NCBI GenBank assembly: GCA_001724265.1
Contig: MEDY01000298.1
Coordinates: 1-39,385 of the forward strand
Direction of reading: 5' to 3'
DNA length: 39,385 nt
Origin: Rhizaria sp. SCN 62-66
Lineage: Eukaryota
Notes under the pieces: generated by a model
What the model saw: only the letters and a program-made list of their open reading frames with translations
Told to the model about the DNA's origin: nothing
The model's database searches: none
Shown here: piece after piece, positions 10,506-22,121 of the stretch
Layout of the letters: every line of letters starts with the position of its first letter
Position numbering within the stretch: the stretch's first letter is position 1
Made by a program: the position numbers and the translations under genes

Positions 10506-13500
10506 ATGGTCGATAAGTTAGTCAAGCTTCGCCGCGAACTTCTCTTACTTAAGGCTCCCTTTGCCGTGCGTGCGGCGCGCGTGCAGCTGAGTCACCAAAT
10601 CACATCAAACAACATCGTTGTTGTCTCTGGCAGCAAGGAATATGGAGCGCTTGGCCAGGGCAAGACGACGCAGATCCCGCAGTATCTGGCCGAACTGCCA
10701 TGCTTCGAAGGAAAGACCGTGTTGTGCTCGCAGACATCGCGTCTCACCGCACGCCACGTTGCGGCCACCGTCGCACCGCTCTACAACGCGACGGAGAGGC
10801 ACAACTTCGTATCAGCCCGCAACCCGCAAAAACTCACAACGACAGATACGGAGATTCTGCGCACCTACTTTGATGATCTATACACAGTTGTTCGTCATCG
10901 CTCCAGGCGTGATGAGAACGCCGCATCCGTCGTTCTTGCTGGTAACCACGCACTTACGAACCTAACCGCGCACACCCGCATTGCATATGCGGCAGAGGCC
11001 GACATCTTTGCAGCTGTGCGACAGTCTATTGAGCGCGGCCGCGCGGCGCGCCTGGGCCAAGCGGGCGAATGGGCGCCGCATGGCACCGTGGGCTGCTTCG
11101 TGCTCGACTCGTCGCACTTCACGGGAGCTACGTCGGCAGACGCTGAACGCTATCAACAGGGCGAGTTGGGACTCGATGTCATGCTCTACGTTGCGCGCAC
11201 GGCAGCTGCAGCTGGAGTCAAAGTTGTAATCATTACTCACAGCTTCGACGCCGAGGATGTGGTGGAGAGGTGCACAACTCCTGAGTCTGGCAAGCCGCCT
11301 CACGTGGTGTTCCAAGCCCCCGTGTTGAAACATGACAACCAGTATTTGTCACTACGCCATGGTATAATGTCTCAAAACACAGTGTCTGCGGCAACGGTGC
11401 CCACGATCAACGGTTGGTTGCGTGCCGCGGGGAATTTGGAGCCATTCCAAAACCTCCTTGTGTTTCAGCCTTCAAGTGAGGCTGTTGAAGCAACTCAGCG
11501 CGCGCTAGCGCGTCCATCAATCAAGCAGGAAATGCCCAAAGGTGACACATTTACGGTGGTTGCTATCACTGACGAAGACGCCGTGTTGCGCACTGTCGTC
11601 GGCATCAGCTCGGTCTCAGGCACATTAATTGCGGACTCAACCGCAAACGACGTTGATGGCGACGATGTCGCTATGCGGGAGCCGCGAGCTAGTCACAGGG
11701 CTTACGCTGTTTATCAAAACGCGGGCCGGGCCCACCACTTTGTGTTCCTGGTATCCCCACTGGCTGCGTCATCATTGCGCTTCCAAAGCATCTCCGCAAT
11801 TCTCAGCCCGTTCATCGAGGTGCATCGCACCGTGGACGAAGAATCGGGAGTTCAGGTGGAGACTGCGGGTGCCCCTACAAGCGCCATAGTTGAGCACCAT
11901 CAGCAGTTACTATTTAACTGTGCACGATATGACAATCCGAAGAATATTACAAGTATTTTTCAGACGACTGCTCATGCAGTTAATTTGATTAAGACCAAAC
12001 GGCCCGAACGATTGCCGCTGCAAGGTGCCTCGTTGCAACTTGCACTACTTGCATTTGAGTCTGTTGGAGTTGATGTTAAGACATATGAATGGTTGCAACG
12101 CCCTACAGCTCTTTCGCTTGCTACTGCACGCGATGAGCTTGACCGCTTGTTAACCACAGATACACAGCGCGTCTGCAGTAGCTCTTCGCGCGCATTGACA
12201 GCAAAATTCAGCTTGGCGCTGGGTCTGCCGCCTGAGCATGCCGCCCTAATTGTCAATGGCGCACTTATTGCGCGCACACCCGTGGGACTGTACGTTGCGG
12301 TTGCAATGCAGTTTTCTGCACTTTCTAGTCCACTTGCAGCCCCTGTTGCCAGCGGCACAAAACCCTCGTCGCAGATGATCGGCGATAACGGCATCGGCCC
12401 GGACAATGACGCTTCTATTGTGCTGCCTTCGCAGCCGATGCCCGCAGTCTCGACTGTCGGTAATGAGCCTGGTGCTAGGTGTACATTGCTGGCAAACAAC
12501 CGTGCCGCGTGTGTTCCTATTGACGCATGCGTGCGCGCCATTGCTGCGTGGCAAAGCGATCGCAGCGTGCAGGCGCGGCAGCGCGTGTGTGAGGATACTG
12601 GACTCTCTCAGGCTTACATGCTCTCAACTGACGCTTGGCTTACGTCGCTAATTGATGCCACACACGGTTTTTTAACCTCGAACTTTGCGGCAAACGGTGA
12701 GGCTAATGAGATGGTAGCGCGCATTGCGAGGGTGATTGAGCGACCGCTTCCATCAGCAACAATTGCGTGCGAGACAACCATGGCGGAGTTAATGCACCGC
12801 AGTGTGGCGGAGGTTTTTCGCCCGCGCTTGATTCACCCATTCGCGGCTGTTCTTGATAACGGCGAGCGGCCCACAGCCACGCACGCAACGTACGTTAGCG
12901 CCAAGTCACATGCGTTGCTGCTGGACGCCCGCCCGCACGTGCCCAACCCTGTGGTCGGTCACGCTGCGACACAACCCGTGGCTGTGTACAACATGGGAGC
13001 TGTGGGCGTGAAAGGTCAATGGCTGCTGTCACCGCCGGCGCTTTCGCTCCCCGCAGTCAACGGTGTCCTGAGCAGGCAGTCGCGCGGCCAAGCAGTCTTT
13101 GTTCCTATGCAGCCTGGCATCCTCGCGCTTATGTTTCCCAACACAGAGGCAGTGACGCTGTTAAGTAAAAAGCTGCGCTGCTCCCTTAAGCTCGACGCAG
13201 AGGGTGTGATGGCATTCAGTGATGACGCAGGAGTTCGCGAGAGTGCACATATTGAGCTATCAAAGCTGACTCATGAAATCGGATTTCAGGGTCTTGTAGA
13301 CGTTTCGCACTTTGGCATTGCGGCAAAAAGTGTTGCGCTATGTGGTGAGGGCATGGACGTTCGTGACGTCGCATTCGCGGACGAGAAAACGTCTGTTGTG
13401 CTTCGTGGTGTACCTGAGCGCTACGCGTGTTCAGAGCGTGTGTTTAATGAACTATTCATTGAGGCTCTTGAGCTAGAGCATGATGTGGCACGAATCACAA

Positions 13501-16065
13501 TTAACGGGGGAAAAAAGGCTGTTCATGCGCCTCAACAACTTGAGAAGCCACCCAAGCACAAGAACTCCGATAACGCAGTCAACGTTGCCAATAATCATTG
13601 TGATGACGAGAACGCAAGTGGCGACAGCAGTGGCGACGATGGCGGTGACGAAGAGGGGGAAGCGGCTGCAGTCGCAGAGGAACATCAAGCCCCGGATAAG
13701 GTTGCGGCACTAGAGCTAGACGATGGGTTTGACGACGAAGAAATGCGGCGCGTGATCGCTCTCAGTCTCGAAACTGCCAAGCTGGCGCCTCGTGCTAGGG
13801 AGCAGTTTTACACGGTGACGCTATAGTGTACATCGGTTGAAAGCACGCAAAACGTGTACAACAAGCTGGTGACGTTTTATCGGACAACAAATGATATCAA
13901 GATTCACGTCAGCCTCAAGTCTAACTTTGCTGATGCAACATTTACGGCAAAGAAGTCGACAAAGAATCAGCTGCTTGACTTTTCAAACGATAAGCGTTAC
14001 GTTCAAGGTGTATGGACGCGTCAGTTGTCATTCTTTCGCGTCACGTATCGCGCTACTTCTGAAGCTAGTTCGCGTAACTTGCATCCGGCTCTTAAGCGTT
14101 ACGAAAATAACGTCTACAAGCCAGGCGTGGTGGTAAGCGCACGTAATAATGCACGGCAATACGAGAGGCCTTCGTTGTATGTCGACTTTAATGTATTCCC
14201 AATGATTGAGCAGGATGCATCAAAGTTTGAAGTCAAAACAATGCATTCGGTGCGTTTTTACATTCCATCTGATGTTGGCCGTGTGATTGGACAGTCAGTT
14301 GTAGATGCATTGATCAAGCTTTGCAAGAGTAAGCTTATTGATATTGCAAGTGAAGATATCAAAGGCACGCGTTTTGGGTCGCGTTTTGAGATTGTGATGG
14401 CTTCGACTGGCGAGGATGAAGTTTCTCGTGCGCGCGTCCTTGTCGACGAGCTCTTGGTCTTTCGCCGTTTTCAGCTTTCTGAGCACCAATTTAACTGTGT
14501 TGACACAGCATGCGGTCTCCTTTAGCTGCAAAACATCATTAACACATTTCAATGCCAAGTTGTACCCCTGACTGCAAAGCCTAATGCACCTAGCAGTGCG
14601 ATGATGTGGCTGGGCTTGCGTGAAGAAGAGAAATCCATTGACATTTTTTGCGCACCTGTGCAGTTACCCGACGTTTTAGCTGCATTGAGTGCATTTGCAA
14701 CCAAACTAAGCGAGCGGACAGGAAGCAACAGTGTAATGTACCTGCAGCCGCATGCATCGCCGACAGAGGTGCTTCAACTTGCGCGCGACTGCAGTGTCTT
14801 TATCGGCACGTTTCAACTTACGCCAGCACAACTCATCGCAACAGTAGCGGGCTGTGAACAAAGTTTGTCACGAATTACAATGCAGCTGCAGCGCGCAAAC
14901 CTGCTGCGCACTAAGAGCGAGCTTGCTGTGGCGCGAAACGCCGGTCCTTTTTGCTGGCATTGTCACCGCGCACTGTCCCGGGCGGATGCAGGGAACGTCA
15001 TGATTAAATGCCACCATATGACATGCGCTGACTGCTTGCCTGTGTTGCTGGAGCGCTGCCGCGTCTCCGGCTTCCGATGTCCCGCATGTGTTGATGAGAA
15101 AATGCCTACGGATATGTCTCAGTGCGACATCCTGTTTGAGGGCATCCCGTCGGATATTTTACGCACGCTCTATATGAAGCACGTCTGGAGCTTTGTTGAC
15201 AGGCAAACACGTGGTACTATTATCCGTTGCCCTACGCGCTACTGTATGGAAATTCAGCGCCCTAACATGCTCCGTTTCAATGGTACGTTGCTATTTCATA
15301 ATGCACACAGTGTAAACAACTGCATCGCTATTATGCCCGGCTTAAGGGCGATAACTGCAAACCTGGCTAACAAAATCCAACTCGGCAATGCGGCTATGCC
15401 TACGCTTGCTATACGTCATTTTTGAGTTATGATAGATGATGTTATGATAACTTTCAATCAAACTCACATCCAATCCCGTTTTATTTTTCATATGTAATTT
15501 TTGCACAGACGTGTCAGGTGTTGAGTTTGCATGTACAACGTGTCTAGGTGTGCATCAGCTCCCAGCCCAAGCAGACCCTGCCACCGCGTCTGCCGTTGTA
15601 ACGAATAACCGTTCAGTCTTTGCGGCGCTGCGCGAGGCGCTGCCGGACCGGTGCCCTAACTGCCGCGCATCAATGTCGACGTTTGTGGCGCGCGCTGAGG
15701 TTGACTGCACGGCGTGTAAGCATGTTGTGTGCGCGTGTTGCTTTGCTTACAGCGCCTCTGATGACTCATGTATTCGTGAGCACATTGTTAGCTGCGGCCA
15801 CAACCCCGCACGCGTGGGCAATAGCGCGCTCAGGCGCGCTTTTGTGTCGGACCGCGAGCTTGAGAAGCTGCAGCGCCAGCGGCGCGCAGAGCGTGTGACC
15901 CAGGTTGTGGAGCGTTTTGGCGGCGGTGCGCTTGGGAATGTGTGGGAGTTTGTTCATCGCAGTGCAGTGAATACCCCCAGCGCGCTGACGCAGTACCTCG
16001 ACTCGGGCGAGTTCGCGCGGACATGCGACTTTAAACCTGACCTTAACGCCAAGGAGTTTCACTAA
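10506..16065 (+). CDS. Degenerate DEAH-box helicase fused to a UIM, RRM/KH-like region and RBR-type RING1-IBR-RING2 (architecture like plant DEAH11/DEAH12), ~1777 aa; exons 10506-15282 and 15509-16065; in-frame TAG at 13824-13826 and 14523-14525
   Basis: GQGKTTQIPQYL (motif I), CSQTSRLTARHVA (Ia), FVLDSSH (II), LLVFQPS (IV), SPLAASSLRF (V-like); UIM DDEEMRRVIALSLE (~13731-13772); C3HC4 RING CWHC...CHHMTCADC...CPAC (~14952-15089); IBR-like CPTRYC...CTTC-x3-H; RING2-like CPNC...CTAC-x4-CACC. ORFs 10506, 13854 and 14601 are in one frame; TAA stop. Confidence 0.8.
15283..15508 (+). other. Spliceosomal intron, 226 nt (GTACGT...TTTTTGCACAG), phase 1
   Basis: AT-rich with canonical ends. Splicing gives MLRFN-D-VSGVEFACTTC and joins the two halves of the IBR-like domain in frame. 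Confidence 0.88.
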
Positions 16066-16919
16066 TGCACCCATTTGCAAGTTGTTCACTTGCTGTTTTA
16101 ATATACAGCTGTATATTTACAAGCATTCTCCAGAACAGCGGGGCTAAGACAAATTTGGTTCTCTAGTCACATGTGACCGTCAGTTATTCGCACCAAGTTG
16201 AATTTGAAGATTTACTGGCGCATCCTCATGCGAAAGCATTACGTTAGTTCATAAAACATATTATTGCAATTATGTTTCCCATTTTGAGATATCTACTTTG
16301 GTTCTTACAGCGTAACTGCCTCTTGTTACACATGACTCGTTACTCGCGATACTTCAGTTGACAGAAGTCACGACATATCGATTCTCTAACGATAAAAATA
16401 AAAATTAATCTCAAATGTTAAGCTTACTTTGTACAGCAAATGTCGATTTCAATGCAGGTGAAGCCATGTTCATGTTGATACAGTAAGAATCGATAATTGA
16501 CCATGGTCAAAGCCGTTTGTGGTGGGATCGTGCGAAACGGTGGCTTGCTCTTGCCAAGTGGTCCAAGTGCACCACCCAACGGTCGTGTGCGGAGGCACAC
16601 TTTTTGAAGTCAATTATTTCCGTGAAGACTCGTTGATCGCGTGGTATAATAGCGTTTGCACGATTTAATCATGCAATAAGTAGCGCAAAATATTGTTTTC
16701 ACACTGATATCAGCGGTTAATAATCTGTGTACCCCTCGGTGCTCTCATCGTCAGAGTGGGCACGCAACCCTGTCATCCGTTGTGCCTTCGAGCTCTGTCA
16801 AAGCCTATGCACGTGACTCATTGTGCGAAATTCTTCTGTTTCCACATTTTCCGTTGTTTTCAAAACCTGTTTGCGCTTTAGAGTGCTCCCTCGCGCTTAC
16901 GCGTCTTGTTTCCTCACCC

Positions 16920-19900
16920 ATGAGTAAACAGACAACCACATACGGGCGCAACGGTGCGCCCAAGGTCCGGGCGCTCCTCAACAGCGCATGCCCCGACTTT
17001 GCGCATGCCATTTTTGTCTCCCAGCGTTTCCCGATTGCATCGATTATTGACATGTCGTCCGAGTTCACCATGGACAAGATCTGCCGCCGCTTCGACGCCG
17101 CGGTGACCAAGTTCCTCTCCGGAGAGATTCCTAACTCGATGAGCCACTTCGTCTACGCGCAGGTCGCACAGATGAACTACCTTATCCTGCTCCACTACTT
17201 CTCTGACTACTACCAGGCTGCTTTCGAGTCCGCGCTGAAGAAGCATCTCGCCGCGCTGCCCGCTGACGCGTCCCCGGAGGCCGTCGCCGCGGCCCACATC
17301 GCCGCCCACGACGCCGTGACGGCCTTCGCGCCTGTGCCCGTGCTCGTGCCCAACCTCTGCGCGCCCAACGCCGAGCTCAAGCGCTAGCCCGCGCCGCTGG
17401 CCCGCGCGCTGACAGCAATGCGCGTGCTGCGCATCACGTACATGGACGACCCCGAGGGCGCGGCGCTCTTCTTCCGCGACGTGAGCCGCTACTCGATCGA
17501 CGACCTCGTCGCCTTCGAGGCCTCGGTGCTCTTCCTTCAGGCCGCGCCCGTCGCCGAGGCACGCAAGTTCTTTGCCGCCCGCATTGCCGCGCGCAAGGCC
17601 GCGCCCGCCGCGTCTGTTGCGGCCTCCGCGTCCGCGGCGGCGGCCAACTCGATCGTGACGTGCCCGGCCGCGGTGACCGCTGCGCTCGAGTCGCTACAAC
17701 GGCCCGCGAGCGCGACGGCGGGCGACTCGACCATCCAGCAGCGCACGGACCCTGTGGTGCGGCTGGCCAGCGCCGAGCTGGACGTCGTGCTGGGCGAGGC
17801 CTTCACCAGCGGCGCCGCCGCGCTGCCGCTCGACGACCACGTGCGCGCGCTCAACAAGGAGGCCGAGGAGATCGTCGCGCGCACCACCAGCTCCGTCAAG
17901 GTCACCTCTGCGCGCTCCTTCGCGCTTAAAGCACTGCAGCGCTTGGTGCACCAGCTCTTCGACGGCGCGTACGTGCCCTTCGTGTTCGGCTCCACGGCCT
18001 GGGAGCTGGACTCGCCCTCCTCGGACCTGGACGTCACGCTACTTCACGCCGGCTCGCTGCAGCCGCTGGAAGAGCCGCTGCGCGTGCCTGCGCTGCGAAA
18101 GCTCTCTAAGTCGGTGCGCCGCTCTTTCAGCGTCGAGGCCGTGATGCTCAACGGGCGTCTCCCGCTCATCTCGCTCACGCACGTGCACGAGGGCGTGCGC
18201 GTCGCGCTCCAGGTCTGCTGCACGGCCAACCACGTCGCGCTGAAGACGCAGGCCGTGCGCACGCTTGTGCGCGCGCACCCACTCGCGCGCCCGCTCTTCC
18301 TCGTCGTCAAGCACTGGGCCAAGGCGCGCCACATCATCAACGCCTCGCAGGGCGGCTTCAACTCGTTTGCGTTCCTCATGCTCGTGCTCCAATACCTCCA
18401 GCTCCGCGCCACGCGTCCCCTCGGCGTGCTCTTTGCGCCGCCCGCGCTGCCAGCCTCGGCCGCCGCGCTGCCCGCCAACGCCAACGCCGCGCGCCTCGCC
18501 GCCGCGCCCGCGGACGCCGACTTCACAGTCGTAGATCTCACCACCGCGGCGGGCCGCGCCGAAGCACCCGTGTTCCTCAAGCATCCGACGCTGCTCCCGC
18601 ACCTCAACGCCGCGTGTCCCGTCTCCGCCGATGGCGGCGCGAGTGTCGCCGCCGCCTCGACGCCGCGCTCTGTCGCCTCCGCCAAGGAGGCCGCGGCCGC
18701 TGCCGCCGCGGCCGCAGCCGCTGTCGCCGCCGCTGAGGCTGCCGCGCGCCCCGGCCACCGCCGCGGGCACTCGCGCCAGATCTCCTCGATTCCGCATATC
18801 ATGAACTCGTTCGACCCCTCGATGGCATCGCTGGCGGAGGACGAGGAGCTGGCCGCGGACGCTGGCGGCGACGACGACGACGAGAACGACACCGCGAGCG
18901 CCACGGGCAGCACGCTCACCACGCCGCGCAGCAAGCCCAGCAAGGCCGTCTCCAAGAGCCCTGCGGCGGCGGCCAAGTCGCCGCAGCGCGGTGCGGGCGC
19001 GACCCCCGTCAAGGGCGACAAGAAGAAGGGCGCGATGGAGCCGCAGATGCTGTCGACGACCAGCACAGCGTGGCTGGCGGCGCCCGTGGTGCCTGCGGCG
19101 GCTATGGCCGAGGATGCGCGCGCGATGGCGCGCAGCAACGCGCTCTTCCTGGGCCCCGTCGCGGGCGGCGCGCGCGTCATCGTCACCCAGTCCAACGGGC
19201 ACATGTTCCACGCTATGCCGCGCGCGCAGCGCTTCAAGACGCTGGGGACGACGGAGCCCGCGGCGTACACCAAGTCGGCGCACCTCAAGGAGCACCTGGC
19301 TGCGCACGGCCAGACCGGCATCGAGTACGCTGACACGCTCGGCGACGTGCTGGCGGGCTTCTTCGCCTTTTACGCCACAGTCTTCTCACCCGCGCTGCAC
19401 GCCGTGTCGGTGCGCGAGGGCCACCTCGTGTGGGCCGAGCCGCTGCGCCGCGCCGCTCCGCAGAAGCCGGCGGCCGCCGCGCTGTACGCGCCTGTGCCTG
19501 AGGCCGAGACGCTGCCGGCCCCCGCGCTCGCGGACCACTTCAGCAATCCGGGCCAGCAGCAGCACAACCAGCGGCAGCAGCACCACCACAAGAAGGAGCC
19601 TAAGCAGCAAGAGCAGAGCAAGCCGGTGGAGATCACCAGCGCGCCGGTGGCCGCGCGCGGCGCGTGGGCGCAGGGCTTGCCACCGGCCATCGCGGCGCTG
19701 AAGGAGCAGAGCGCTCAGCAGAAGGTGCAGACGCAGGCGCAGGCGCAGGAGGTGGCGCGCCAGCAGCGCGAGAACGAGCAGGCCGCCGCGGCCGCGCGCG
19801 CGCTCGAGCCTCGGGTGGAGCAGCGCGCCGCGTTCGAGGGCTTCAACTCGAGCTTCACGGGAATCTTGATCGAGGACCCTCTGGACCCTACCGACAACGT

Positions 19901-21590
19901 CGCGCGCGGCGTCACTCCCCGGCGTCTGCACGCCTTTTTCATTGAGCTCGCGCGCGCGCACATCATGCTGTCGACGCACCAGCGCAGCTTCGCGCAAGAC
20001 GTGTGTGAGGAGGTGACGCAGTCCGTCGCCAACCTGCACGACTACCTCTCCGCCGGCCCCAACACGCGCACCGTGCGCGGCCCGACCGACTTTATCCGCA
20101 TCAGCAAGGTCTTCGCCTCGCTGCTCGAGGAGGTCAGCCTCGAGGACGTCGTGGCGCGCGGCCAGAAAGCGCGCGAGACCGCGCTTACGTCGCTGCGCAC
20201 CGAGATGGACCGCAACCTTGCGCAGTTCCTCGAAGAGCGCCGCCGTCGCAACGCGGCCAAGCGCGCCTCCAAGAGTGCCAAGGCCGCCACCTCGCCTGCC
20301 GCCGTCGCCTCGGCTGCTGCTGCCGCCACTGCCGCTGCGGATTCCGCCGAGGCCGCGGCCGCCGCGCCCCGCGTGAAGCGCGCCCGCGCTGCCGAAGCGC
20401 GCTCCAAAGCCAAGGCGCGCGCGCAGGCTCTGCGCTCTCACGCGCCTGCCGCCGCTGCCGCGTCGTCGACCGCCGAGGACGACGAGGCGATCGATGCGGC
20501 GCTGCAGGAGGCGCGCTCCAAGGCGCAGGCCGCGGGTCTAGACCTGGACGAAATCATGCAGGCGACGCAGGACAAGACGCGTTCGCGCGTGAAGAAGAAC
20601 CGCATGTCGATGGGTCCTGGCGCGGGCGCACCGTCGCCGGTTAAGAAGCCCGACCACGCCCTTGAGATGTCGCTCATGGCCATTCAGCTCCAGCTTGCCG
20701 CTCGCGCCGAAGCGCAGCGCCAGGCTATGCGTCGCGCGCAGCAGCAGCTCAACGACGCCGCTGATGCCGCGCTTGCTGGCACCCTTGCCAAGCCCGCCGC
20801 GCCCGCCGCTGCGCCCGCTATTGAGACCAAGAGCACCACGCCGTCGTCCTCGTTCAAGAGCGACGCCACTGGCGATGATGAGGATGATGAAGACGATGAG
20901 CTGCTGGCGCACCTGGCCTTTGCGGCCGATGACGACGACGAGAATGACGCGGCTGATAGCTCTGGCGCTATGCGCAGCGGTTTGTCGATCACCGTATCCG
21001 CGCCCGGTGGCGAAAGCACAAGCAACGGCACGCGCTCGCCCCCGCGCTCGTCTCGCCACAGCAAGACGGCGGATGTCGAGGCCGCAGTGCTGCTGCAGCG
21101 CATCTCTAATGCTAGCAGCGCGCTGACGGCGTCTCCCTGGGAGGCGCCAACTGCGCCCGTGATCATGCTCCGCACCGCTGTAGGCGCGGATGACGACGAC
21201 TTCGACGACGATGACGACGACTACGATGACGACGACGACGAGGACGACGGCGCGGCCGGCGCGGGCGTGCAGATCCACGTCAGCGCCAAGGTGGACGTTG
21301 TTGCGGCGCACGCGAGCTTCAAGACGACCGAGCCCGACGACGACGACATCCCGCAGCCGTCGATGCGCCCTAGCGGTCGCAAGTCTATGGGCGGCAACGC
21401 CATCGGCGCTGCGGGCGTGGCTGCGCGCAAGCCTTCGACCTTCCACATCCGCAAGGGCTCGCAGCTTATCGGTGGCAACATCTGGGCCGGCATCGGACTC
21501 ACCAGTACCAAGGCGAATGGCAAGTCCGGCAAGCTCGCTGGCGACGACGATGACGATGACGACGAGGATGTTCATATCACTTATGCGTAA
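16920..21590 (+). CDS. Non-canonical poly(A)/poly(U) polymerase family protein (Cid1/Trf4/GLD-2-like, Pol-beta nucleotidyltransferase plus PAP-associated domain), ~1556 aa; in-frame TAG at 17385-17387
   Basis: FVFGSTAWELDSPSSDLDVTL (GS + DxD, 17988-18032), RLPLISL, LFLVVKHWAKARHIINASQGGFNSFAFLMLVLQYLQ, LGDVLAGFFAFYA, and IEDPLDPTDNVARGV (19869-19913). ORF 16782..17387 is in frame with 17418..21590 across 10 open codons, with the same GC3-rich codon style on both sides; TAA stop. Confidence 0.85.
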
Positions 21591-22073
21591 GTGCACGGTG
21601 TACCTGCGCTACAAGTGGCAATATCTTATTTTCAGTCGATGGACACACAATTGTTGTCAGCGTTAGAGCTCCCGCCGAAGGGCCGCCTGCGCTGTTGCAG
21701 ATTGTGTGTAATGTTTGACCGCGCGTCGTGCTGACAACAAAAAGCTGATGCTTCGTCATGGCACGCGTGTTTTTTTTTTTGCATCCTATTTTTTTTGGTT
21801 GAAATGCAATCTTTTATGCTAAGATACGAGTCAAATATTTTTGCAAGTGCGAAAACCACTTCTTAAACTTCTTTTTGTTTCCATCAGTTATGCTAACATA
21901 CCAATTTCATTACCATTAATACGGAGTATTAGTTCAACGTAATACAATGCAACACAGTTTTAATTCAAAGCTTCTGTTCTACTGGTGACATTAGGTTAAC
22001 ATTCTATGTATTTTTCACATGTTTTCTTGCACATGCATATGTTTTAAACTAGAGATCGTTGTTGTGAATAAGT

Positions 22074-22103
22074 TAGATGTTGATACGTAGATGTTGATAC
22101 GTA
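22074..22103. repeat. 14-bp tandem duplication (TAGATGTTGATACG x2) just 3' of the helicase stop codon
   Basis: Read directly: tagatgttgatacg tagatgttgatacg ta. Confidence 0.8.
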
Positions 22104-22121
22104 AAGTCTAAGTCAGTGATA

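Noticed and set aside
7616-17387. Internal TAGs as 3' splice sites of small introns
   Set aside because: Each would need a stop-free intron with length divisible by 3 (about (1/3)^5 for phase alone). The upstream sequence looks coding and lacks the donor and pyrimidine tract of the modelled introns.
7616-17387. Pyrrolysine insertion at UAG
   Set aside because: The Pyl system is established only in archaea and bacteria; this DNA has spliceosomal introns and eukaryotic gene families, and no pyl genes are in the window.
6506-21590. Three neighbouring pseudogenes with nonsense mutations
   Set aside because: All five interruptions are TAG, with no TAA, TGA or frameshifts over ~4,300 codons; random decay would give mixed lesions. 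This is disfavoured, not formally excluded.
21585-21735. GTAAGT overlapping the TAA stop as a splice donor that extends the nucleotidyltransferase
   Set aside because: A possible acceptor at 21700 would add only ~10 unremarkable residues before TGA. It cannot be decided without RNA data and does not alter the stop-codon pattern.
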